Assembly (NCBI GenBank): GCA_041662005.1
Contig: JBAZTJ010000028.1
Coordinates: forward strand, 1 to 24,818
Source of the DNA: Candidatus Methylopumilus sp.
GTDB taxonomy: Bacteria; Pseudomonadota; Gammaproteobacteria; Burkholderiales; Methylophilaceae
DNA length: 24,818 bases
Direction: 5' to 3'
The notes under the pieces: model-generated
Databases searched by the model: none
What the model saw: the letters and a program-made list of their open reading frames with translations, nothing else
What the model was told of the DNA's origin: nothing
Program-made: the position numbers and the translations under genes
In this document: piece by piece, positions 14,386 to 22,728 of the stretch
Numbering within the stretch: the stretch's first letter is position 1
How the letters are laid out: every line of letters begins with the position of its first letter

Positions 14386-16884
14386 ATGAGTCAGCCCAAT
14401 ATCAATCCGAGCAAAAGTAGCCATGCAGACATGCTGTTTGCCGAGGCGGAAGCGCAATACGACATTATTATCGTAGGCTCAGGCCCGGCAGGGCTTTCCG
14501 CCGCGGCACATGCCAAGGCATTGGGCGCCAGCCATCTACTGCTGGAAGCAGAAAGCCACACGGCAGATACCATCTACAAATATCAGAAACGTAAACACGT
14601 GATGGCTGAGCCCGGCATCATCCCATTACGCTCAGACCTCAAGTTTGCTGAGGGCCTGCGCGAGACAGTCCTGCAAAACTGGGATGATGGAATCACAGGC
14701 CTTGGTGTCAATATTGAGTATGGCAAGCGTGTTAATTTCCTGCAACGCGACGAAGCCAGCCGCACCTTTACTATCAAGTGCGAGGACGGGAGCGAATATA
14801 CCTCACGCACCGTTGTTCTCGGCATTGGCCTGCAAGGCAACCTGCGCAAACTGGGTGTGCCAGGTGAACATGCGCAGAGCGTGCAATACACCCTATCCGA
14901 CCCAGATGAATTCAAGGGTGAAACCATCATCGTGATTGGCGCTGGTGATGCCGGGATTGAAAATGCACTCGCCTTGATGGGACAGAACACCGTTTACATC
15001 CTTAACCGCCAAACCGAATTTGCGCAGTGCAAAGAAGGCAACCGCAATTTAATTACCAAAGCGGAAAAGTCAGGCAGTATCAACGTACGCTACAGCGCCA
15101 ACACGGTGCGTATTGATGAGGCCGACCGCAGCACCAACAAAGATTTACCACCGTATATTTTCGTTTTCAACGACAAAGACGGTGAAGCTGCCGTGCCTTG
15201 CCATCGGGTAATTGCACGTCTGGGTGCTACAGCCCCGCGCAAGCAGGTGGAAAGCTTCGGCATCAAATTCCCGAATGACAACCCGGCATCTGTGCCGGTG
15301 CTGTCAGAGCGCTACGAGTCCAATGTGCCCGGCTTGTTCATCGTCGGTGCGCTGGGTGGTTACCCACTGATCAAGCAGGCCATGAACCAGGGTTACGAGG
15401 TAGTGGAAACCATCCTTGGTCGTGAAATCGAGCCTGTCGATGAACCACTATTAAAAAATAAAATCCGGCCATGGCGGCCATTATCGACCGTCTCGGAAGC
15501 GCTGGACTTCATACTCCACGGAGTACCGCTGTTCCAGGCCATGTCCAAGCTGCAACTGCGCGAATTCATGCTGGACTCGACCATACTGACGCCACGTAAA
15601 GGCTCGGTTGTCTTTAAAAAGCTGGACTATACCAACACTTTCTTCTCCATTGTGGAAGGCGATGTAGAAGTCGAGATTGAAGACAAGGATGGCAAGAAAA
15701 AACGGATCAAGCTGCCCACAGGCTCCTTCTTTGGTGAAATGGGGCTGATTTCCGGTCGACGCCGCACCGCTACCGTATTTGCCGGCGAACGCTGCGTGCT
15801 GCTGGAAACCCCCCGTAATACCATGCTGCGCCTCATTGCCGCAGTGGATGATGTGCGTCGCCAGATTGATGAATCTTTCCTGCGCAATGCGATTTACAAC
15901 TACATTGGCCCCATGCTGAGCCGTGAAGCCGTGGATGCGCTGGTCAACAGCGGGGTAGAAAAACGCAAATACCAGGCTAACCAGGTGCTGTTCAGTGAGG
16001 GCGATGATGCTGATGGTTTGTATCTGGTGCGTAGTGGCTCGCTGACCGTATCCAAAGTCATCGATAACCAGGAAAAAATCCTGTCCTACGTTTCTGCCGG
16101 CAATTACGTCGGAGAAATGGCACTGGTCAACAACTCCAAACGCACCGCCACAGTAAAAGCTGCCGTGTATACCGAGGTTTTGGTACTCAAGGCCGATGCC
16201 TTCAAGCAACAGCTTGCCCTCAATCCCGCATGGCGCCAGGCTATCGAAAGCGTGATGGCGGAACGTACCCGTGCCAACGTAATGGCCACCGAAAAAACCG
16301 GCCAGGAAAGCGACTTGATACGCTTCATGCTCAAGCAAGGCCTGGGCGAGGCTTCTGATGTACTCATCATCAACGAGTCCATGTGCATCCAATGCAATAA
16401 CTGTGAAACCGCGTGTGCCGAAACGCACAAAGGTACCTCACGCCTGAAACGGGAGGCTGGCCCTTCTTTTGCCAACTTCCACCTGCCCGTAGCTTGCCGC
16501 CATTGCGAAAATCCCAGCTGCATGAAGGATTGCCCACCGGATGCGATTACCCGCTCCAAGGAAGGCGAAGTGTTCATCAGCGATGCTTGTATAGGTTGCG
16601 GCAATTGTGAGCGTAATTGCCCTTATGGCGTGATCCAGATGGCTGTACAAAAACCGCCGAAAATGGGTGCCAACATGCTCTGGCTGTTATTTGGCCTAGG
16701 CGCAGCCCCTGGTGAGAGGCAGCCGGATTATGACCCGAATGCCGCCAAAAAAGCCGTCAAATGTGACCTGTGCTCCGGCCAGAGTGGTGGCCCGGCATGC
16801 GTGCGGGCATGCCCTACCGGTGCCGCCATACGCACATCGCCGGAAAAAATCTTTAAACCCATCAGCATGGGCTTTGATGAATAA
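14386..16884 (+). CDS. Multidomain redox protein: a TrxR-like FAD/NAD(P)-binding oxidoreductase lacking the CxxC, two cyclic-nucleotide-binding domains, and two 2x[4Fe-4S] ferredoxin domains. Predicted soluble.
   Basis: GxGxxG (VGSGPAGLSAAAHA) and a second Rossmann motif (VIGAGDAGIE). cNMP-binding signatures FFGEMGLISGRRRTATVFA and YVGEMALVNNSKRTATVKA. Cys clusters CIQCNNCETAC / CRHCENPSC..DCP / CIGCGNCERNCP / CDLCSG...CVRACP. Strong RBS GAGGTAA. Confidence 0.9.
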   Translation: MSQPNINPSKSSHADMLFAEAEAQYDIIIVGSGPAGLSAAAHAKALGASHLLLEAESHTADTIYKYQKRKHVMAEPGIIPLRSDLKFAEGLRETVLQNWDDGITGLGVNIEYGKRVNFLQRDEASRTFTIKCEDGSEYTSRTVVLGIGLQGNLRKLGVPGEHAQSVQYTLSDPDEFKGETIIVIGAGDAGIENALALMGQNTVYILNRQTEFAQCKEGNRNLITKAEKSGSINVRYSANTVRIDEADRSTNKDLPPYIFVFNDKDGEAAVPCHRVIARLGATAPRKQVESFGIKFPNDNPASVPVLSERYESNVPGLFIVGALGGYPLIKQAMNQGYEVVETILGREIEPVDEPLLKNKIRPWRPLSTVSEALDFILHGVPLFQAMSKLQLREFMLDSTILTPRKGSVVFKKLDYTNTFFSIVEGDVEVEIEDKDGKKKRIKLPTGSFFGEMGLISGRRRTATVFAGERCVLLETPRNTMLRLIAAVDDVRRQIDESFLRNAIYNYIGPMLSREAVDALVNSGVEKRKYQANQVLFSEGDDADGLYLVRSGSLTVSKVIDNQEKILSYVSAGNYVGEMALVNNSKRTATVKAAVYTEVLVLKADAFKQQLALNPAWRQAIESVMAERTRANVMATEKTGQESDLIRFMLKQGLGEASDVLIINESMCIQCNNCETACAETHKGTSRLKREAGPSFANFHLPVACRHCENPSCMKDCPPDAITRSKEGEVFISDACIGCGNCERNCPYGVIQMAVQKPPKMGANMLWLLFGLGAAPGERQPDYDPNAAKKAVKCDLCSGQSGGPACVRACPTGAAIRTSPEKIFKPISMGFDE

Positions 16885-16922
16885 GTGAACTAACAAGCTT
16901 ATCCATTTTCAACAAGCAACTG

Positions 16923-18680
16923 TTGTTATCACCTGAAAGTATCGACTCACCACTCTTGTTAAAGCCGTATGTGAAGGCCGTACATCAGCGGACAAATGGC
17001 ATTGCCATGCTTCCAACGAACCATGATAATGTATCCAAGCCTATGACTCAGCCTGTGATTCGCGGATTTCCCAGTAAATTAGAAGATCGCTTAAGTGTTC
17101 CACTTAAACGCTGGGATATCTACGTCGCAGAAGGCCGCTTTGAACAGTTCATCGAGTTCACAGTCGCGGTCAACAGCCTGACTGAACATTTCAATGCCTT
17201 GCGCCTGCCGGGTTTGGTACGTTTATGCACAGGCCTGGAAAATGCAGCTCTCGACAAAATAGACGATGAGCACGCCCACCCGCTTTCGCAAGAGGATGTC
17301 CTACTACTGCAAAGCCAGATCAATGCACTGATAGGCGCTATCTCCACCCTGCAACCACCAGCGCCTGATAAACGTGCGAGTAAAACCGCCCCCATGCCCG
17401 ACCATGACTGGATCAAGCCGCGTTCAGTATGGGTGGTTGCCTCTCCAGAAAAACGCGGCATGGCAGAAGCGCTCGGCAGCCAACTTGGATTCTTTGGCTT
17501 CAAGGCATCACAGTTAGACTGGGATGCCACACCGTTAAACGCAGACATGCCTTTAGCCGTGCTTTTCATCCCCGCCAACAGCACAGCACATGCTGAAGAG
17601 CTGGCTTGTATCGCCAATATTCGCGCTGCATACCCTACCAGCCAGTTAATCTATCTTGGCGAACAATCGAGTATCGAGCCTATCGTCGCCCTCATGCGTA
17701 CCGGCATCGACATCACGATCCCGTTTGAGGATCAGCCTTCCAGAGTGCTTAACTGCATCCTGGATCTGGTAAAGAGCAATGATCAGGAGAAAAGCCGCGT
17801 ACTAATCGTGGAAGATTCGCGCGTCGCTGTCACTGTGATTCAACGCACTTTGACAGAACATGGCATTGATACCCATGCCATCAACGATCCGGGAGAGTTG
17901 CTGACTGTGCTTGCGTCCTACCGTCCGGACCTGATCCTGATGGATATGTATATGCCCCGCTTCAATGGTATTGAGGCTACCCGCGTATTGCGCCAGCTGG
18001 CTGATTACAGTTCGCTGCCTATTGTGTATGTATCAGGCGAATCCGAAGTGAGTATGCAGGTTGAGGCTTTACGTCTGGGAGGCGACCAGTTTCTCATCAA
18101 GCCGTTCAACCCGGTGCTGCTGGCAGCCGTCGTCAAAACCAAGATCGAACGCTATCGTGAAGCCCAGCGTTCCAGCCGTACAGATGGCCTGACCGGACTG
18201 CTGAACCATACCGCCGTTAAATCCGGCTTGAAATCCCTGGTTGACCAAATGCCGGCACAGGACTCGCTAACCGTCGCCATGATCGATATTGACCACTTCA
18301 AGTCCGTCAATGACACCTACGGCCACCCTGTTGGTGACCAGGTGATACGTAGTCTGGCGTGGCTACTCAAGGGACATCTGCGTTCAAACGACCTGATTGG
18401 CCGTTATGGTGGCGAAGAGTTTCTGCTGGCACTGCCTGGCATTAACATCGAACAGGCGGAGGCGGTCATCAACCAGATTCGTATAGACTTTGCAGCGCTA
18501 CCGCATGCGCATACCAATGGTTCGCTGTATTGCAGCTTCAGCGCCGGCATTGCTTGTTACAGCATAGCCGATACGGCAGACAGCCTGACAGAAGCCGCCG
18601 ATGATGCCTTGCTACAAGCCAAGCGCAATGGGCGCAACCGTATAGAAAAAGCCCCTGTTGACAAAAATTTGTTAGCCTGA
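16923..18680 (+). CDS. PleD-like response-regulator diguanylate cyclase (N-terminal extension, degenerate REC, REC, GGDEF). The start codon is uncertain.
   Basis: REC motif VLIVEDSRV...DLILMDMYMP...KP. GGDEF domain with active-site GGEEF (RYGGEEFLLALPG) and DxLTGL linker. Begins 38 nt after the cytochrome operon. Confidence 0.85.
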   Translation: MLSPESIDSPLLLKPYVKAVHQRTNGIAMLPTNHDNVSKPMTQPVIRGFPSKLEDRLSVPLKRWDIYVAEGRFEQFIEFTVAVNSLTEHFNALRLPGLVRLCTGLENAALDKIDDEHAHPLSQEDVLLLQSQINALIGAISTLQPPAPDKRASKTAPMPDHDWIKPRSVWVVASPEKRGMAEALGSQLGFFGFKASQLDWDATPLNADMPLAVLFIPANSTAHAEELACIANIRAAYPTSQLIYLGEQSSIEPIVALMRTGIDITIPFEDQPSRVLNCILDLVKSNDQEKSRVLIVEDSRVAVTVIQRTLTEHGIDTHAINDPGELLTVLASYRPDLILMDMYMPRFNGIEATRVLRQLADYSSLPIVYVSGESEVSMQVEALRLGGDQFLIKPFNPVLLAAVVKTKIERYREAQRSSRTDGLTGLLNHTAVKSGLKSLVDQMPAQDSLTVAMIDIDHFKSVNDTYGHPVGDQVIRSLAWLLKGHLRSNDLIGRYGGEEFLLALPGINIEQAEAVINQIRIDFAALPHAHTNGSLYCSFSAGIACYSIADTADSLTEAADDALLQAKRNGRNRIEKAPVDKNLLA

Positions 18681-18766
18681 CTTTATATCTACTACCCTGT
18701 AGCCAGAAAATAGATTAGTCTGTTCACTAGACAGAAAATTGCTGCTTCAAGAACAGACCCCACCTC

Positions 18767-20404
18767 ATGGCGTTACTAAATACCCTCTGCCGCTATTGCC
18801 ACCAAGTCACGCCTTACCGACTGATATTAATGCTATTGCTCGCGCTCTGTCCGTGGACAGTATGCCAGGCTAAGCCTTTCGAGCTAACCGGACAATGGTT
18901 ACAAGCCCCGCAGCAATGGCAGTACCAGCAACAAAGCCAACTCAATAGCCCTGCTCTGATACCAGTAACACATCCGAAACCAACCGGCGGGCATTACTTT
19001 TTCCAGGCAGATTTTGATGTCACCCAGCTAGGCACACTGGTGATTGATTTCAAAAATGCGAGCGTACTGGGCCAGTTCCGCCATTTTGTGTTTGATCGCC
19101 AAGGGCAACTGGTCGCCCAGGTTGAGGGCGGCATCCAGAACCACACTGCCAACCCCTTCTTTTTACGCCATGGCCGCGAGTTGCAACTGGCGCCTGGCAA
19201 CTACCGCCTGGTCACCGAACTATCTTCACCATTCTTCATCGCCCAGCCTCAGCCCTATATAGACTCCCTCGAAAATTACCGGCAAGCCATTAAGCCAGGC
19301 AATGCCCTGTCGCTGATCTGTATGGGCGTGTTCCTTGGTCTGGGCATTTATTATCTGACACTGGCTGGTGTGCGACAACGCAGAACGGAAAGCATGTATG
19401 CCCTGTTTATCCTGGGCAACCTGCTATACAACGGCACGGCACTACTCATTTTTCCGGATTTGTTCGGCACGCACTGGTTCTACCTGATTAGCATCCCTAT
19501 CCTGTTTTCCAATATTGCTTACGTACTCTTTGTGCAGTCGCTATTGGATATCCGGCGTGACCAGAACCCACGCCTCTACTGGGCCGGCATAGCCATCATA
19601 GGCCTGATGGTGGTCTTTATAGGCTTGGCGGCACTCTATCCAAACTGGTCGCTTGAATTTGATCGCTACGGCGTTGGGCTGTTCCTGACTTACGGCCTGG
19701 TCTCCGGGATCACCCGTGCCCGGCAGGGCAATCATTCTGCGCGCTATTATCTCGTAGCCATACTGGCGTTTTGTATATTAGGCTTTGGCGCCCTCACGCT
19801 GGGCGGTTTCGGTGGTGAATTTACACTCTATGTAGAACACCTGGGGCTGGTAGCGGTCACCGTCGAAGTAATACTGCTGGCGTTGGTGCTCTCCTATCAG
19901 TTCTCACAATTACACCGCGAAAAAGAACATGCACTGTCCAGCCTGAAACATACCCAGCACATCGCACTGACCGACGCCTTGACCGGACTACCCAACCGCT
20001 ATGCGCTTGAGGATAGCCTGGCACAGCTACCCGCCCACGGCAGCCTGACTTTTCTTGATATTGACGGGCTGAAATACTACAACGACCATTTCGGGCATGA
20101 CCGAGGCGATGTATTGCTGCGTGAATTTAGCCATATACTGCGTGAAAGTCTGGCATCACACGGCAAGCTGCATCGTCTGGGAGGCGATGAGTTTGCCATC
20201 ACCTGCCCAAGCGGCAACCTTGATCCCATTAAAATAGCCATATCGCAAACCATGGAAGCACTGCATGCGCGTGACTTCGAGTTCGCTGGCGCCAGCCATG
20301 GCTCTGTGCATATTCACGAGCATGAGGAAAGAGGCTATCTCATGCACATGGCTGATACGCGTATGTATGAAAGTAAACGCAACCGCAAAACATCAATAGA
20401 TTGA
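18767..20404 (+). CDS. 7TMR-DISM-type membrane diguanylate cyclase: a periplasmic sensor domain, a 7-TM region and a GGDEF domain.
   Basis: Signal peptide, an approximately 150-aa extracytoplasmic domain, seven hydrophobic helices, then LTGLPNRYALED...HRLGGDEFAITCP (GGDEF). Confidence 0.85.
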   Translation: MALLNTLCRYCHQVTPYRLILMLLLALCPWTVCQAKPFELTGQWLQAPQQWQYQQQSQLNSPALIPVTHPKPTGGHYFFQADFDVTQLGTLVIDFKNASVLGQFRHFVFDRQGQLVAQVEGGIQNHTANPFFLRHGRELQLAPGNYRLVTELSSPFFIAQPQPYIDSLENYRQAIKPGNALSLICMGVFLGLGIYYLTLAGVRQRRTESMYALFILGNLLYNGTALLIFPDLFGTHWFYLISIPILFSNIAYVLFVQSLLDIRRDQNPRLYWAGIAIIGLMVVFIGLAALYPNWSLEFDRYGVGLFLTYGLVSGITRARQGNHSARYYLVAILAFCILGFGALTLGGFGGEFTLYVEHLGLVAVTVEVILLALVLSYQFSQLHREKEHALSSLKHTQHIALTDALTGLPNRYALEDSLAQLPAHGSLTFLDIDGLKYYNDHFGHDRGDVLLREFSHILRESLASHGKLHRLGGDEFAITCPSGNLDPIKIAISQTMEALHARDFEFAGASHGSVHIHEHEERGYLMHMADTRMYESKRNRKTSID

Positions 20405-20433
20405 CGGCCTCACTTCACTGAAGGAAATACATC

Positions 20434-21147
20434 ATGGCTAATAGCAACTATACGGTACTTATTACAGGCGCCAATCGTGGCCTGGGCCTGGAGTTCACCC
20501 GGCAATACGCAAACGATGGCTGGCAGGTGATTGCCTGCTGCCGTGACCCGGAATCGGCAACCGCCCTCAATACGCTGGCTGCTTCGACAGGCAATACACC
20601 AGCTCGACCAATCGAAGTACGGAAATTGGATGTCAACGACTTTGCGCAGATAGACCAGTTGGCCCAGCAACTCAGCGGACAGAAGATAGATTTGCTTATC
20701 AACAATGCAGGTGTTTACCCGCAAAGCGCTTGGGGGCACATCGACTATGAAGCGTGGGCGCAGGCATTCAAGATCAACACCATGGCGCCATTGAAAATGG
20801 CCGAGGCTTTTGTTGAGCATGTGGCAGCCAGCCAGCTCAGGAAAATCGTCACCCTCAGCAGCAAAATGGGCAGCATGGACGACAATACCAGCGGCGGTAG
20901 CTACCTGTATCGCACCAGCAAAGCTGCAGTCAATATGGTGATGAAAAGCCTGGCAATAGATCTTAAACCGAGAGGGATTGCTTCAACCATACTTCACCCC
21001 GGCTGGGTGCAAACCGATATGGGTGGCCCCAACGGGCTGATCAATACCGAGCAGAGCGTTACCGGTTTACGTAAAGTGATAGAGCAGCTAACACTGGGAA
21101 ACAGCGGTAGATTCATGGCCTATGATGGCAAGGACATTCCCTGGTAA
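20434..21147 (+). CDS. Short-chain dehydrogenase/reductase, CsgA/sniffer-like SDR subfamily.
   Basis: TGANRGLGLE cofactor motif, NNAG, catalytic YRTSK, HPGWVQTDMGG. RBS AAGGAAA. Confidence 0.85.
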   Translation: MANSNYTVLITGANRGLGLEFTRQYANDGWQVIACCRDPESATALNTLAASTGNTPARPIEVRKLDVNDFAQIDQLAQQLSGQKIDLLINNAGVYPQSAWGHIDYEAWAQAFKINTMAPLKMAEAFVEHVAASQLRKIVTLSSKMGSMDDNTSGGSYLYRTSKAAVNMVMKSLAIDLKPRGIASTILHPGWVQTDMGGPNGLINTEQSVTGLRKVIEQLTLGNSGRFMAYDGKDIPW

Positions 21148-21157
21148 CACGCTGTCA

Positions 21158-22465
21158 TTACCAGCGGCGACTCAGCATGAAGTGCATAAACAAGGCTTCA
21201 TTCCTGACTTGTGCATTACCATATAGAGGGTTTGAATAATCTACCTTCACCACTGGTGAATACTCCACACCACCTGTCATTTGCCATTGCGGACTAATCT
21301 GGCGTGCCGCGCCCAAGGTAAAGTGATGCTCCAGTATCGCTGCCAGCAAAGGGCTGGAGCTTTCTGCGGGTACCGGATTACGGCCATAGTTGTATCCGGC
21401 ATATAAGGTGGTACGTTCGTTAAGCGTATAGGCCAGGCCAGTGGCAAACACCAGCTGGTTTTTCCAGCTTTGAGGTGTCACTACAGTGTAGTCCGCAGGT
21501 GCAAGTGAGTTGCCTGGATCAGTGGCATGCAATGTCGCCGTAGAAACTGCATCAGCCCAGTTCAACCAGTTAAGCTTGAACGAGAGCAACCAAGGCTCTG
21601 CAGGCCGAAAAGCCAAACCCAGGGCAACTTCACGTGGCAATGCAAATCCCTTGAAGCTGGCATTTTGATACCTCACCTTCCCCAAGCCAACCGCCGTAAA
21701 ATTGACATCAAGCTCGCCACCCGTCAGCGGCAATTCGGTCTTTTCGGTATAGGTTGCAGCCAGGGTAAGGGATGGATTAACGCGATATTGCGCACCGAGC
21801 TTTAAACCAAACCTTAGCGCGCTGGCATCCTTAAGATAGTAGCCAGGGAACTGGGCATTAGATGTCTCCGGGAACACTTTCTGCTCTACGCTAGCATAGA
21901 CAAGCGCCAGACTCGCTCCCAGCGAGAGCGCATCATTGACCTGACAACCGAAGCCTGGAATGACCTTGGCAATACCAAACAATGAGGAAAGCTCATCGCG
22001 TGTACCGAATGCAGTATTCAGGTTCTTGAAAACCCCACCCGCCCCGCCTTGCGCAAACAACCCAACACCCGCTGTACACGGTAGGTTTTCCAACGAAGTG
22101 GCATAACCGCCACCGCCCAACAGCGTATAGTGGTTAGAGGCATGCTCATTATTGCCCAGGCTATCTTGATGGGAAAGATCAAGAGTACGCAGCACCGATG
22201 CAAAGCCATCAAAAGCCTGCCCGCGGATTTGCACCAAGCCCGCAGGGTTGGTATTCAGTGCGCTGGTATCTCGAGCTACTGCAATATCGGCACCGGCCAT
22301 CAGCGTAGATTCAGCGCCGAAACCGATGAGGTTGATTCCGTTGGTAGCGCTGGCGGATGGGCTGCCCAGAAATATGAGTACCGCCACGCAACATACAGAA
22401 AATTGTTTCAACCTACTTCTGCAATAGCCTCGGCAATGTATAACCAGAAAACCTCTCAACTTCAT
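21158..22465 (-). CDS. FadL/OmpP1/TodX-family outer-membrane hydrophobic-compound transporter.
   Basis: Long signal peptide, then TNGINLIGFGAESTLMAGADIAVARDTSALNTNPAGL (FadL N-terminal hatch signature). Beta-rich. Ends in an aromatic residue. RBS AAGGGTGG. Confidence 0.8.
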   Translation of the reverse strand: MKLRGFLVIHCRGYCRSRLKQFSVCCVAVLIFLGSPSASATNGINLIGFGAESTLMAGADIAVARDTSALNTNPAGLVQIRGQAFDGFASVLRTLDLSHQDSLGNNEHASNHYTLLGGGGYATSLENLPCTAGVGLFAQGGAGGVFKNLNTAFGTRDELSSLFGIAKVIPGFGCQVNDALSLGASLALVYASVEQKVFPETSNAQFPGYYLKDASALRFGLKLGAQYRVNPSLTLAATYTEKTELPLTGGELDVNFTAVGLGKVRYQNASFKGFALPREVALGLAFRPAEPWLLSFKLNWLNWADAVSTATLHATDPGNSLAPADYTVVTPQSWKNQLVFATGLAYTLNERTTLYAGYNYGRNPVPAESSSPLLAAILEHHFTLGAARQISPQWQMTGGVEYSPVVKVDYSNPLYGNAQVRNEALFMHFMLSRRW

Positions 22466-22728
22466 ATACTGCCACCCTTTGATTTTTTAATATTTTTATA
22501 TCTCATGGTTAAGTGTAGCAAACGGTGTCATAAGATACTTCTGGAATAGGCTTGGCAATACCATTTAAATTGCCGGATAGCCGCATATTGCTTGACGGTA
22601 AGTCAGTTTTATCCACCGTTTCAACTTGATCAATCGCATTTCCCGTGCGCTACGGATTTCAGCTAATATCCCGTCTGTGATCGCTCTATAGTCCGACTCA
22701 CCACCCATCTAATAAGGATAATAATGCC

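Noticed and set aside
15481-16428. 315-aa minus-strand ORF lying entirely inside the 832-aa flavo-FeS gene.
   Set aside because: It has no RBS, no recognisable motifs and Ala/Gly/His-rich composition typical of an antisense shadow frame of a GC-rich gene. The plus-strand gene has strong domain evidence.
18695-18740. Short palindrome (tctgt-tcactag-acaga) after the REC-GGDEF gene.
   Set aside because: It has only a 5-bp stem and no T-tract, so it is too weak to call a terminator or operator.
22466-22728. 263-nt intergenic region between the divergent FadL-like and flotillin genes, with a TAATAT hexamer.
   Set aside because: It probably contains promoters, but I could not find a convincing -35/-10 pair with proper spacing and did not call a feature.
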